Source: Pseudomonadota bacterium (lineage in GTDB: Archaea; Thermoplasmatota; SW-10-69-26; JACQPN01; JAJPHT01). From it: a stretch of DNA of 49,301 nucleotides. The first letter of the stretch is position 1. Each line of letters opens with the position of its first letter. The position numbers and the translations under genes were made by a program. Below, in pieces: positions 35,484 to 44,082 of this stretch. The stretch covers positions 1 through 49,301 of the forward strand of contig JAJPHT010000032.1 in assembly GCA_021325135.1 (NCBI GenBank), given 5' to 3'. The notes beneath the pieces were generated by a model. That model had not been told where the DNA came from and ran no database searches. It worked only from the letters and a program-made list of their open reading frames with translations.

Positions 35484-35595
35484 GGCGGCGCCGCAGCGCC
35501 GCCAAAAGCGGGGGGTTCGGGGGGCGCAGCCCCCTGACGTGAAGGAACGTCGAGCGGACGACCGAGACGTCAGGGGGCGAGCCCCTGGAACCCCC
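35484..35595. repeat. REPIN/MITE-like palindromic doublet, copy D
   Basis: Hairpin 35484-35503; arms 35507-35540 and 35567-35595; spacer is the reverse complement of copy A spacer (23/26 identical). Confidence 0.88.
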
Positions 35596-35733
35596 TTAGC
35601 GCGTGTCGTACCGATCCTCGAGGATGGCCCGGACCGGCCCGCTCAGATCGCGCGGGAGCTGGCCGTAGACCTGCTCGTGCTTGATCGCCCGCTCAAGCTC
35701 CAGAATGGTGACGTCGTAGGACCGCAAGACCAT
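35596..35733 (-). CDS. 45-aa small protein (not in ORF track)
   Basis: MVLRSYDVTILELERAIKHEQVYGQLPRDLSGPVRAILEDRYDTR*; GGTGAGG SD-like sequence upstream. Confidence 0.5.
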   Translation of the reverse strand: MVLRSYDVTILELERAIKHEQVYGQLPRDLSGPVRAILEDRYDTR

Positions 35734-35826
35734 CGCCTCACCGACCTACGGCTGGGGGGTGCATATCTCCGCGCACGCTTGCCTCCGGCAGGCCGTATGG
35801 GTCTACGGATCAGGGCTTGATCTGGC

Positions 35827-36093
35827 CTACTTCGCGGCGCGGGCCACGGTCTCGAGGCCGCTGATGATGTTCCAGATCATGGTGCGGCCGTGGAGGGGGA
35901 TGTTGGGGTCGTTGGCGAGCTCGTCGAGCACGCTCACGGCGCTGGCGATGCGGACGTCCAGCGCCTCGCCCTTGTTGAGGAGGTGCTTCTTGGCGCTGTC
36001 GGCGCCGCGGCGGATGTTGCGGGGCACGCTGGTGTCGTCGATGAGCTGGTCCATGACGCTCGCCAGTTGCTGGAGACGGTCATCCGCGGCCAT
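35827..36093 (-). CDS. UPF0147 family archaeal protein
   Basis: DTSVPRNIRR, LDELANDPNIPLHGRTMIW. Confidence 0.93.
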   Translation of the reverse strand: MAADDRLQQLASVMDQLIDDTSVPRNIRRGADSAKKHLLNKGEALDVRIASAVSVLDELANDPNIPLHGRTMIWNIISGLETVARAAK

Positions 36094-36305
36094 GGTTCGA
36101 GACCTCCTCGTGGGAGAAAAGCCCGGGACTCCGCCCGGGGGCTGGAGCGCGCAAAGGGCTTCTCCTACATAAGGATTCGGACCCCTTGGCGGGGCCCTTG
36201 ATGGCTGAAGGGTCAGTCGGCGCGCCGATATAGCTTGTGGTGCGAGGTGCGGATGAGACGCGGGCCGCGAAAGGCTCATCTGGCAGGGGCGGCTCGAAGC
36301 CCCCC

Positions 36306-36995
36306 ATGGCCCTGCGCCTGACCGAGATCTTCCACTCGATCCAGGGCGAGGGCTCCACCGTCGGGCTCCCCACCACGTTCGTGCGCCTCACTGGGTGCAG
36401 CCTGCGCTGCTCGTGGTGCGACACGACGTACAGCTTCACCGGCGGCGAGGACTGGACCGTCGACCAGGTCATGGAGCGCCTGGCGCCCATCCGCACGCGC
36501 CGCGTCTGCGTCACGGGCGGCGAGCCCCTGGACCAGCACGACGAGGCCATCGCCCTCATGGACCGCCTGCTGGGGGAGGGCTACTTCGTGGTGCTGGAGA
36601 CCAGCGGCAGCATCGACGTGTCGCGCGCCGACAAGCTGGCGCCCCGCGAGATGCTCCAGCTCAGCGTGGACGTGAAGTGCCCCGCGAGCAACATGCAGAA
36701 GCGCAACCACCTGGAGAACCTCGCGCTCCTGAAGCCCCACGACCAGCTGAAGTTCGTGCTCAGCGACCGGCGCGACTACGACTTCGCCAGAGAGGTCCTC
36801 GCGAAGCGCCCCACGAAGGCCCAGGTCCTCTTCCAGCCCATGTGGCCCAGCCCCAACCCGGTGACGGAGACCAAGGTGGTGGGCGACGTCGCCACCATGC
36901 GCAACGTCGCGGAGTGGGTCCTCGCCGACGGCCTCGACGTGCGCGTCGGCACCCAGATGCACAAGGTCATCTGGGGCCACGAGAAGGGGCGCTGA
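36306..36995 (+). CDS. queE: 7-carboxy-7-deazaguanine synthase (radical SAM)
   Basis: EIFHSIQGEG, GCSLRCSWCDT, TGGEPL, ETSG, QMHKVIW. Confidence 0.94.
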   Translation: MALRLTEIFHSIQGEGSTVGLPTTFVRLTGCSLRCSWCDTTYSFTGGEDWTVDQVMERLAPIRTRRVCVTGGEPLDQHDEAIALMDRLLGEGYFVVLETSGSIDVSRADKLAPREMLQLSVDVKCPASNMQKRNHLENLALLKPHDQLKFVLSDRRDYDFAREVLAKRPTKAQVLFQPMWPSPNPVTETKVVGDVATMRNVAEWVLADGLDVRVGTQMHKVIWGHEKGR

Positions 36996-37098
36996 CCCCT
37001 TCGGATGTGTGGGTCCGCCGCAGCGGACCCACGGCGCGTTGCCGGCTGGCGCGCCAGCCGGCATCGAAGTGATCTGGGGCCACGAGAAGGGGCGATAG
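36969..37098 (+). repeat. 23-bp direct repeat of the queE 3' end flanking two hairpins
   Basis: ATCTGGGGCCACGAGAAGGGGCG at 36969-36991 and 37072-37094. Confidence 0.9.
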
Positions 37099-37165
37099 CA
37101 CCCCGACACGCGATTGGGGAACGCGTGGGGCAAGCCCTGATCCATGGGCGGCACGATGGGCCCCC

Positions 37166-37828
37166 ATGCGCTCGCTCCTCGCCCTCGTCGTCCTCTCGCT
37201 GGCGCTCGCCGGCTGCGCGTCCACCGGCAACAACGCGACGCCCTCGACGCCCTCCACGTCCACGCCCGTCTCCTCGACGCCGGCCGCGTCGGCGGACGTC
37301 CACATCAAGGGGTTCGCGTTCAGCCCCGCGTCCTACCCCGAGGAGGTGGGCGGCACCGTCTCGTGGGTCAACGACGACTCGGTCGCGCACACGGTGACCG
37401 CCGATGACGGCTCCTTCGACTCGGGGCCCCTCGCGCCGGGCCAGACCTTCACGCACACCTTCGCGACGGCGGGCACCGTGGCGTACCACTGCAAGATCCA
37501 CGGCGGGATGAACGCCACCATCGTCGTGGGCGGCGGCAGCCCGACGCCGGCCTCCACCACGCCCACGCCCTCGAGCGCGAGCCCCGGCAGCGTGGCCATC
37601 GTGGACTTCTCCTTCGCGCCCTCGCCCCTGAGCGTCCCCGCGGGCACCACCGTGACGTGGACGAACGACGGCGAGCGCAGCCACACCGTCACCGCGGACG
37701 ACGGCAGCTTCTCGTCGGGCACCCTGGCGCCGGGCCAGACGTTCTCGCACACGTTCACGACGCCAGGGACCTACAGCTATCATTGCAGCATCCACGGCTC
37801 CATGACGGCCAAGGTCGTCGTGACGTGA
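37166..37828 (+). CDS. Tandem cupredoxin (plastocyanin/amicyanin-like) lipoprotein
   Basis: Lipobox LAGC; two domains each with HTVT ... YHCxIHxxM. Confidence 0.92.
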   Translation: MRSLLALVVLSLALAGCASTGNNATPSTPSTSTPVSSTPAASADVHIKGFAFSPASYPEEVGGTVSWVNDDSVAHTVTADDGSFDSGPLAPGQTFTHTFATAGTVAYHCKIHGGMNATIVVGGGSPTPASTTPTPSSASPGSVAIVDFSFAPSPLSVPAGTTVTWTNDGERSHTVTADDGSFSSGTLAPGQTFSHTFTTPGTYSYHCSIHGSMTAKVVVT

Positions 37829-37832
37829 GCGC

Positions 37833-38166
37833 CTACGCCTCCATCTCCTCGGCCGCGCCCTGGAAGCTGAAGCTCAGCACGCCGCAGTTCGCGCACTCGT
37901 AGCCCGCGTAGTGGAGCGTCTCCGCGCAGCGGGGGCAGGCGGCCTCCTTGACGATGGGTGTTGGCGGCCGGAACGTGCGCGTGAGGAAGTAGAGCACGGC
38001 GAACGCCACCGCGGCCCCGCCCCAGATGCGCAGCCAGAGGGGCATGTCCAGCGGCGCGAGCCCGACCCACGCCGCAGCCACGATCAGCGCGCCGCGAGGC
38101 GAGCACGAAGGCGGGGAACTCCAGGCGGAAGCCCCGCGCGAGGAGGAGACCTAGGGGCTTGGCCAT
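37833..38166 (-). CDS. 2-TM + zinc-ribbon protein, apparently frameshifted near 38095
   Basis: MAKPLGLLLARGFRLEFPAFVLA joins GALIVAAAWVG...CPRC...CANCG if one base is removed. Confidence 0.55.
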
Positions 38167-38327
38167 GCCAGCCGCACCCCGCACGCGGGGCAGTAGGGAG
38201 CGCCGTTCTCGACGCGGCCGCGACAGCGGGGGCACTTCGAGCCCAGGAGCATCATCGCCAGGCCGAAGCCCAGGAAGCCGAGCCCCAGCCCCAAAGCGAT
38301 GCCGACTCCGCGACCTTCGCTCGCCAT
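38151..38327 (-). CDS. TM + zinc-ribbon micro-protein
   Basis: TM followed by CPRC..YCPACG. Confidence 0.7.
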   Translation of the reverse strand: MASEGRGVGIALGLGLGFLGFGLAMMLLGSKCPRCRGRVENGAPYCPACGVRLAWPSP

Positions 38328-38484
38328 GTCTGCCATGCAAGGCACCATGCACCTCCATCAAGATGTCCCTTATCCGGATGTCACAGCACGTTCCGTCTCG
38401 CGTCGCGGAAATCCTTAAAACGGGAAGCCGTGTATCGCGCCCCGTCGCCCCCCTCGGGCCCTCGCGTTTCGGGAGCGTTTCCCC

Positions 38485-39453
38485 ATGCACATCGTCGTCT
38501 GCCTGAAGCCGGTCCCCAACGCCCAGGACATCCGGATCAACCCGGAGACGAAGACCCTGGACCGCAAGGACGCCCAGAACGTCATCAACCCGCCCGACCT
38601 GAACGCCCTGGAGCTTGCCCTGCAGCTGAAGGACAAGCACGGCGCGAAGGTCACGGTGCTGAGCATGTGCCCGCCCTTCGGCGAGCCGTTCCTCCGCGAG
38701 TGCGTGGCCATGGGCGCGGACGACGCGATCCTCCTCTCGGACCGCGCCTTCGCGGGCAGCGACACCTACCCCACCTCCTACACGCTGGCCGCCGGCGTGC
38801 GCGCGATCAGCGCGCTCAAGCAGGGCGAGTACAAGGGCAGCGTCCCCCCGCCCCCCACGCAGCCCGACGGCAAGCCCACGCCCCCCAACGCGCCCTGGAC
38901 CGCGGGCAAGGTCAAGGAGGTCTTCGGGCCCGTCGACCTCGTCATCTGCGGCGAGGAGACGACGGACAGCAGCACCGGCCAGACCGGCCCCGGCATCGCC
39001 GAGTGGAACCGCTGGCCCCAGGTCACCTACATCAAGGACTGCAAGCTGGTCAAGCCCGACGGCACCCCCGAGACGGGCAAGGTCGCCGCGGTGCCCGACT
39101 ACAAGATCCACTGCACGCAGGACCTGGAGGGCGCGCGCAGCATCTGGGAGGCCGAGCTTCCCACCGTCGTCACCGTGAACCTGGGCATCAACACGCCCCG
39201 TGCTCCGCAGTTGACGCGCAAGATCATGGCGACGAAGCAGTTCGAGCTCACCTACTGGACGTCCAACGACCTCAAGGACATCGACCGCACCAAGCTGGGC
39301 CTCAAGGGGAGCCCCACCGTGGTCGGCAAGATCCTCACCATCGACGTGGGCGGCAAGGACACGCAGTGGATCGAGGCCGCGAGCCCCGAGGCCGCCGCCA
39401 AGGAGCTGGTGGACAAGCTCGAGGCCAAGGGCCTGCTCAAGGGGGTGCTCTGA
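38485..39453 (+). CDS. etfB: Electron transfer flavoprotein beta subunit (FixA-like)
   Basis: IVVCLKPVP, INPPDLNALE, SDRAFAGSDT, GLKGSPT. Confidence 0.95.
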   Translation: MHIVVCLKPVPNAQDIRINPETKTLDRKDAQNVINPPDLNALELALQLKDKHGAKVTVLSMCPPFGEPFLRECVAMGADDAILLSDRAFAGSDTYPTSYTLAAGVRAISALKQGEYKGSVPPPPTQPDGKPTPPNAPWTAGKVKEVFGPVDLVICGEETTDSSTGQTGPGIAEWNRWPQVTYIKDCKLVKPDGTPETGKVAAVPDYKIHCTQDLEGARSIWEAELPTVVTVNLGINTPRAPQLTRKIMATKQFELTYWTSNDLKDIDRTKLGLKGSPTVVGKILTIDVGGKDTQWIEAASPEAAAKELVDKLEAKGLLKGVL

Positions 39454-40515
39454 GTGCCCGAGATCGACCCCAAGAGCCCCGAGGCCGTCGCCGCGTGGAC
39501 CGGCATCTGGGTCTTCATCGAGCACCACCAGGGCAAGATCGCCAAGGTCTCCCTGGAGCTCCTGGGCAAGGGCCGCGAGCTGGCGGACCAGCGCGGCGTG
39601 CCCCTCACCGGCATCCTCCTGGGCAGCAACGTGAAGCACCTCTCCAAGACGTGCGTCGAGCACGGCGCGGACAAGGTCATCTACGTCGACAGCCCGCACC
39701 TGGAGAAGTACAGCACCGAGCCCTACGTCGAGGTCTGCGCGCAGCTGGTCGACCAGCGCAAGCCCGAGGTCTTCCTCATCGGCGCGAGCCACACCGGCCG
39801 CGACTTCGGCAGCCGCATCGCCGTGCGCAACCACACGGGCTGCACGGCCGACGCCACGAAGCTGGAGTGGGACATGGAGAAGGCCAAGGCCAAGGGCGAG
39901 TGGGAACTCATCATGCTGCGCCCCGCCTTCGGCGGCAAGATCCTCGCGGGAATCGTGTGCCCCAAGCACCGCCCGTGGATCGCCTCCGCGCGCCCCAACA
40001 CGTTCCAGATCCCCGCCCCCGACGCGACGCGCAAGGGCGAGGTCGAGCAGGCGAGCGTCCCCATGACGGGCAAGTACCACAGCCGCGTCATCAAGTTCGA
40101 GGAGCTTCCCCACTCCGGCGCCCAGATCGACAAGGCCGAGATGATCGTCTCGGGCGGCATGGGCCTGGGCAAGAAGGAGAACCTCAAGCTCGTCGAGGAA
40201 CTCGCCCGTGAGATAGGCGCGGCCGTGGGCGCCTCGCGCAAGGTCGTGGACGCCGGCTGGATCGACCGCACGCACCAGGTCGGGCAGACCGGGACCACCG
40301 TGCGCCCGAAGCTCTACCTCGCGGCGGGCATCAGCGGCGCCGTGCAGCACCTCGCCGGCATGCAGGAGAGCGGGACCATCGTGGCCATCAACAACGACAA
40401 GAAGGCCCCGATCTTCCAGTTCTCCGACATCGGCGTCGTGGGCGACGCGACGAAGATCCTCCCCGCGGTCACCGCGGAGATCGCGCGCCGCAAGGCCGCC
40501 AAGGGCAAGAAGTGA
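39454..40515 (+). CDS. etfA: Electron transfer flavoprotein alpha subunit (FixB-like)
   Basis: RPAFGG, GASRKVVDAGW, QVGQTGTTVRP, GISGAVQHLAG. Confidence 0.96.
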   Translation: MPEIDPKSPEAVAAWTGIWVFIEHHQGKIAKVSLELLGKGRELADQRGVPLTGILLGSNVKHLSKTCVEHGADKVIYVDSPHLEKYSTEPYVEVCAQLVDQRKPEVFLIGASHTGRDFGSRIAVRNHTGCTADATKLEWDMEKAKAKGEWELIMLRPAFGGKILAGIVCPKHRPWIASARPNTFQIPAPDATRKGEVEQASVPMTGKYHSRVIKFEELPHSGAQIDKAEMIVSGGMGLGKKENLKLVEELAREIGAAVGASRKVVDAGWIDRTHQVGQTGTTVRPKLYLAAGISGAVQHLAGMQESGTIVAINNDKKAPIFQFSDIGVVGDATKILPAVTAEIARRKAAKGKK

Positions 40516-40524
40516 GCCCGCCCG

Positions 40525-40555
40525 CCGCGGGCGCCGCCCGCGGACCCCTCCTTTT
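40525..40555 (+). terminator. GC hairpin plus pyrimidine tract after etfA
   Basis: ccgcgggcg-c-cgcccgcgg followed by acccctcctttt. Confidence 0.5.
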
Positions 40556-40707
40556 CCAACACTCCCGGCTTTGCGTCGGGCCTTTCCGATTTCCTTCGGC
40601 GGGGGACGCCTTTCCCCGCGGGAATCCCGCCCGATCGCGCCCTCAATCTCAAACCCCTCTTGCTTGGCCCCGCCACGAGAGAAAATCCCCGAGCGGCGGC
40701 CCCCCGG

Positions 40708-40785
40708 CGACGGCTTAGCGACCGCTCCGCTACGTCAGCGGCGAGGGCGCTACGTTAGCGGCGCGGCCTCCAATCGAGATATCAC
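40708..40785 (+). promoter_or_regulatory. Phased 20-bp tandem palindromic sites upstream of a TATA-like box
   Basis: CGCTACGTCAGCGGCG (40728-40743) and CGCTACGTTAGCGGCG (40748-40763); in-phase half-site TAGCG at 40716-40720; GATATCA at 40778. Confidence 0.55.
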
Positions 40786-40861
40786 CTGGCGCGCGCTCCT
40801 TCCCCTTGTCGCGCTGCGAGGCCTCGGCCCGCGCGCGAGCAGACAAGGGAGACTTGACAAC

Positions 40862-41728
40862 ATGCTTGGAAAGAAGAACCGGACGATGACCTCGATTCTG
40901 CTGGTGTGCGCCCTGGCCGTGGTCCCGCTGGCCGCGGCGGACTACACCGTGACCGGCGCATCCTCGGACCTCGACGCCGCGGGCGCCAAGGCGAAGTGCA
41001 ACGAGGACCAGCTCTCGCAGATGGTCGACAACGCCCTGAGCCCCCAGCTCAACCCCCTCGCGGAGGCCTGCCCCGAGTTCCACGGCGGCTGCACCACGTC
41101 CACCACCACCACGACGACGGCGACCGGCACCGGCTGGAACCTGATCGTCTGGGTCTCGGTCGAGGTCCAGGTCAAGGAGGACGTCGAGACGGCCATCGAC
41201 TGCTCGGGCTACTTCGACGTGGACGTCGTCCACTGGGGCGGCACCGGGGCTCGCATCGGCTCCTCGACGCTCCTCGCGCACGCCGGCGCGCACACGGGCA
41301 ACGCGAACCTCGACCTCGACTCGCTCAACAGCGGCAGCACGGGCCAGCCCAGCGGCTGCTCCTACGTGGGCCCCATCGGCTCCTGCTCCGAGCCCACGAC
41401 CACCGGCCAGTGGCAGTACCACAACGTCGTCAAGGGCGAGATCAAGACGCACGTCGGTGAGTACACCGCGTGCGCCGACATCCAGATCGACAACACCCCG
41501 GCCAACGTGATCGTGGGCGTCCAGGGGCAGCCTGACTCCCAGCTGCCGGGCTACGTGTCCGACGGCACGAGCCCCGTGATCCTCCAGGGCACCGGGACCT
41601 ACTCGACGACGAAGACCATCTGCGGCGTCGTCCACTCCGCCAGCGCGGACGGCTCCTCGGCCAGCGACGTCTTCGGCGTCGGCCAGACGTCGGTCCCCGG
41701 GCTCCTCGGCGGCGCCAAGGACGAGTGA
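40862..41728 (+). CDS. Secreted 8-Cys protein A
   Basis: Signal peptide (PLAAA-D); 8 Cys in mature part; paralog of the next gene. Confidence 0.8.
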   Translation: MLGKKNRTMTSILLVCALAVVPLAAADYTVTGASSDLDAAGAKAKCNEDQLSQMVDNALSPQLNPLAEACPEFHGGCTTSTTTTTTATGTGWNLIVWVSVEVQVKEDVETAIDCSGYFDVDVVHWGGTGARIGSSTLLAHAGAHTGNANLDLDSLNSGSTGQPSGCSYVGPIGSCSEPTTTGQWQYHNVVKGEIKTHVGEYTACADIQIDNTPANVIVGVQGQPDSQLPGYVSDGTSPVILQGTGTYSTTKTICGVVHSASADGSSASDVFGVGQTSVPGLLGGAKDE

Positions 41729-41752
41729 GGCAAGACGAGGCCAGGTGACCCG

Positions 41753-42463
41753 ATGAAGGTGGACCGCATCTTCGCCGTGCTCGCGGCGCTCTGCATGCTA
41801 TCACCTCTCGGCGTGGCCCAGGCCACGCTGGGCCCGGGAGTCGTGGCGGAGCGCTCCTGCGACGCGGGCGCCCTCGGCCGGATGGTGGACACGGTCCTCA
41901 GCCCGTCCCTCTCCCCGACCGTCGACGTGTGCCTGGAGCTTCGCGGAAGCTGCACGGCCACCACGAGCTCCAGCGCCGCGACCGTCGACCGCACGGGCGC
42001 CGCGGTGGTGTTCTGGGTGAGCGCCAAGGTGAGCGTCGCCGAGAACGTCGAGTCCGCCCTCGACTGCGGCGGCACCTACGACGTGACCGTCGTGCACCAC
42101 GGCGGCGTGGGCCTGCGATACGGGCACTCGCTCCTGGCCGTCGCGCCCTCCGGGAGCGTCGGCGGGATCGACGTCGAGCTCTCCTCGGCGAGCCTGGCGG
42201 GCTCCTACGGCGGATGCGGCTACGTCGCTCCGGTGGGATCGTGCGTGGAGAGCCACCACGGCTCGTGGTCGTACCACCAGGTCTTCCCCGGCCGCGTCAC
42301 CGGGGCGGACACCGGATGCGCCTACCTCGAGTGGCACAACGAAGGCATCCCCTCGTTCGTGGACGCCAGCGGGACCATGACGATCTGCAGCGGAGGCCTC
42401 GCCTTCGCGTCGGCGGACGCCAGCGCGCTGGCGTCGGGAGGAGGGGCCTACCGGCTGCCGTGA
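41753..42463 (+). CDS. Secreted 8-Cys protein B (paralog of A)
   Basis: Signal peptide (AQA); shares MVD.[AV]LSP, WVS, DC.G, VVH.GG.G, GC.YV.P.GSC.E and TIC with A. Confidence 0.8.
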   Translation: MKVDRIFAVLAALCMLSPLGVAQATLGPGVVAERSCDAGALGRMVDTVLSPSLSPTVDVCLELRGSCTATTSSSAATVDRTGAAVVFWVSAKVSVAENVESALDCGGTYDVTVVHHGGVGLRYGHSLLAVAPSGSVGGIDVELSSASLAGSYGGCGYVAPVGSCVESHHGSWSYHQVFPGRVTGADTGCAYLEWHNEGIPSFVDASGTMTICSGGLAFASADASALASGGGAYRLP

Positions 42464-42465
42464 CG

Positions 42466-44082
42466 TCAGGCGGCGCTGGCTCCGGCGTCCGCCGGCATCT
42501 CCTCGCGGAGGCGGGCGGACGCGGAGTAGCGCCTCGGCATGCGGCCGTCGTCCACGACCAGCCCCTCCCCTTCCAGGTGCGTGAGGTGGTACGAGACGAC
42601 GCGCTGCGAGAGGCCCGTGCGCTCGCCGATCTGCTTCTGCGTGAGCGCCGCGCCGCCCGCGAGGGCGCGGGCCACCTGCGCGCGCGACTCGTCGCGCAGC
42701 GCGGCCTTCACCGCCACGGCCTCCGGGCTCGCGGCTGCGCCCACGGGGAACCACATGCGGCGGTGGCCCGCCGCGCGGAGCACGACCATCTGGTGGCGCT
42801 CCAGCATGCGCAGGTGGTGGCGCACCACGACCTCCGCCATGCCGGTCGCGCGGGCGAGGTCGGCGTTGGTGGCGCCCGGCGAGGCGCAGATGGCGTCGAA
42901 GAGGGCGCGCCGGTTGGCGTTCCTCATGATGGAGGCGCGCTCCAGGCGCGTGTAGAAGGGGACGCCCGCCGCGAGGCGCGTCGCGAGGGCGCCCAGCATG
43001 GCCAGCGCGGCGGCGCGGGCAGCCCAGACGCCCGGCGAGGGCGCGCTGGCGGCGCTCCATGCGGCGCCATCCACGAGGACGCGCGTCGCGTCCCCCGAGA
43101 GCGCCACGTCCAGCACGCCACGGTCCTGGCTGCGGCCCAGAAAGGGCGTCGTGCTGGGATTCGCGGAGGCCGCGAGGCGCAGCGCGCCCTCGACGCGGAG
43201 CGATTCCCCATCCAGGCCGCGGCGCGCGCCGCCGGCCCGCAGCTCGCCGAACGCGCGCGGCGCGTCCAGGGCGCCCGAGAGCGAGGCGTCCAGCGAGCCG
43301 GCCATGAGCCGCGCGAGCGCGCCTTCGGGCAGGTCGAGGCGCGCGCCGCGCAGGTGCAGCGCGACGAAGGCGGACTCGCGCCGGATGCCGGGGGAGACTC
43401 CCGCGGTCGCGGGCATGGGGCCGACCCTCGCGCCGGTGTCCAGCGGGTGCGCGCCCGAGGCGTCGGTGACGACGCCGTCCGCGCTCCACAGGTACAGGAG
43501 GAAGTCGCCCTGGAGGTGGAGCGTGGCGTTGGCCAGGGGCAGCGTCGCGGAGCCCGCGCGGCCGCCCACCTGGAGCGTGCCCGGAGGCACGACGTGGAGG
43601 AAGGAGTCCGAGGCGCCCGGCGTCGAGCTGCCGCTCCAGTAGGTCTGCGCATCGGTCCTCCACGCGAGGGGGCCCGCGGCCAGGCCGCCCAGCGTCAGGT
43701 TGCCGCCCTCGGAGACGAGGAGGACGGCGCACTCGTCGCGGCACGCGAGGCCCGTGAGGTTGCCGCGAGCGAAAGCCAGGGATTCGTTCGTGGGCTGCTG
43801 CGTCGTGCCCTGCACGTACTCGGGGCCGATGCCGTACTCGTCCTGCGCGCGCGCGACGCGCTCCCCCTGGGCCTGCTCCCACGAGATCGCGACGGCGTGG
43901 CCCGCCTCCACGTCGGGGGAAAGCTCCAGCGCCGCGTCGCGCGCGTCCACCACGAGGGCGCCCGAGAGGGTCGCGCTCTCGGGGAGGGCGAGATGCCCCT
44001 GGGCGGGGGAGGCGTCCGCGAGCCCCGCGAGGACGACCAACGACCCGAGCCAGAACGCGACCTGGAGCCTCCCTCGCGCCAT
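42466..44082 (-). CDS. Membrane-anchored double-wHTH regulator with large extracellular domain
   Basis: Signal peptide, about 340-aa beta-rich domain with CxxxC, TM, FYTRL..R..LF..I...PG..RHHLRMLE, second HTH LSQRVVSYHL. Confidence 0.88.
   Translation of the reverse strand: MARGRLQVAFWLGSLVVLAGLADASPAQGHLALPESATLSGALVVDARDAALELSPDVEAGHAVAISWEQAQGERVARAQDEYGIGPEYVQGTTQQPTNESLAFARGNLTGLACRDECAVLLVSEGGNLTLGGLAAGPLAWRTDAQTYWSGSSTPGASDSFLHVVPPGTLQVGGRAGSATLPLANATLHLQGDFLLYLWSADGVVTDASGAHPLDTGARVGPMPATAGVSPGIRRESAFVALHLRGARLDLPEGALARLMAGSLDASLSGALDAPRAFGELRAGGARRGLDGESLRVEGALRLAASANPSTTPFLGRSQDRGVLDVALSGDATRVLVDGAAWSAASAPSPGVWAARAAALAMLGALATRLAAGVPFYTRLERASIMRNANRRALFDAICASPGATNADLARATGMAEVVVRHHLRMLERHQMVVLRAAGHRRMWFPVGAAASPEAVAVKAALRDESRAQVARALAGGAALTQKQIGERTGLSQRVVSYHLTHLEGEGLVVDDGRMPRRYSASARLREEMPADAGASAA

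Noticed and set aside
19341-35595. CRISPR array interpretation of repeat-spacer-repeat units
   Set aside because: Arms are inverted, not direct; copies are dispersed singly; no cas genes seen.
36180-36305. preQ1 riboswitch upstream of queE
   Set aside because: Hairpins are present (GATGAG/CTCATC) but no recognisable preQ1 consensus or A-rich tail.
16227-36995. tgtA/queD/queE as a 7-deazaguanine DNA-modification (dpd) island
   Set aside because: TGT has the PUA domain of the tRNA enzyme; genes are dispersed; no dpdA/B/C. This is the ordinary archaeosine pathway.
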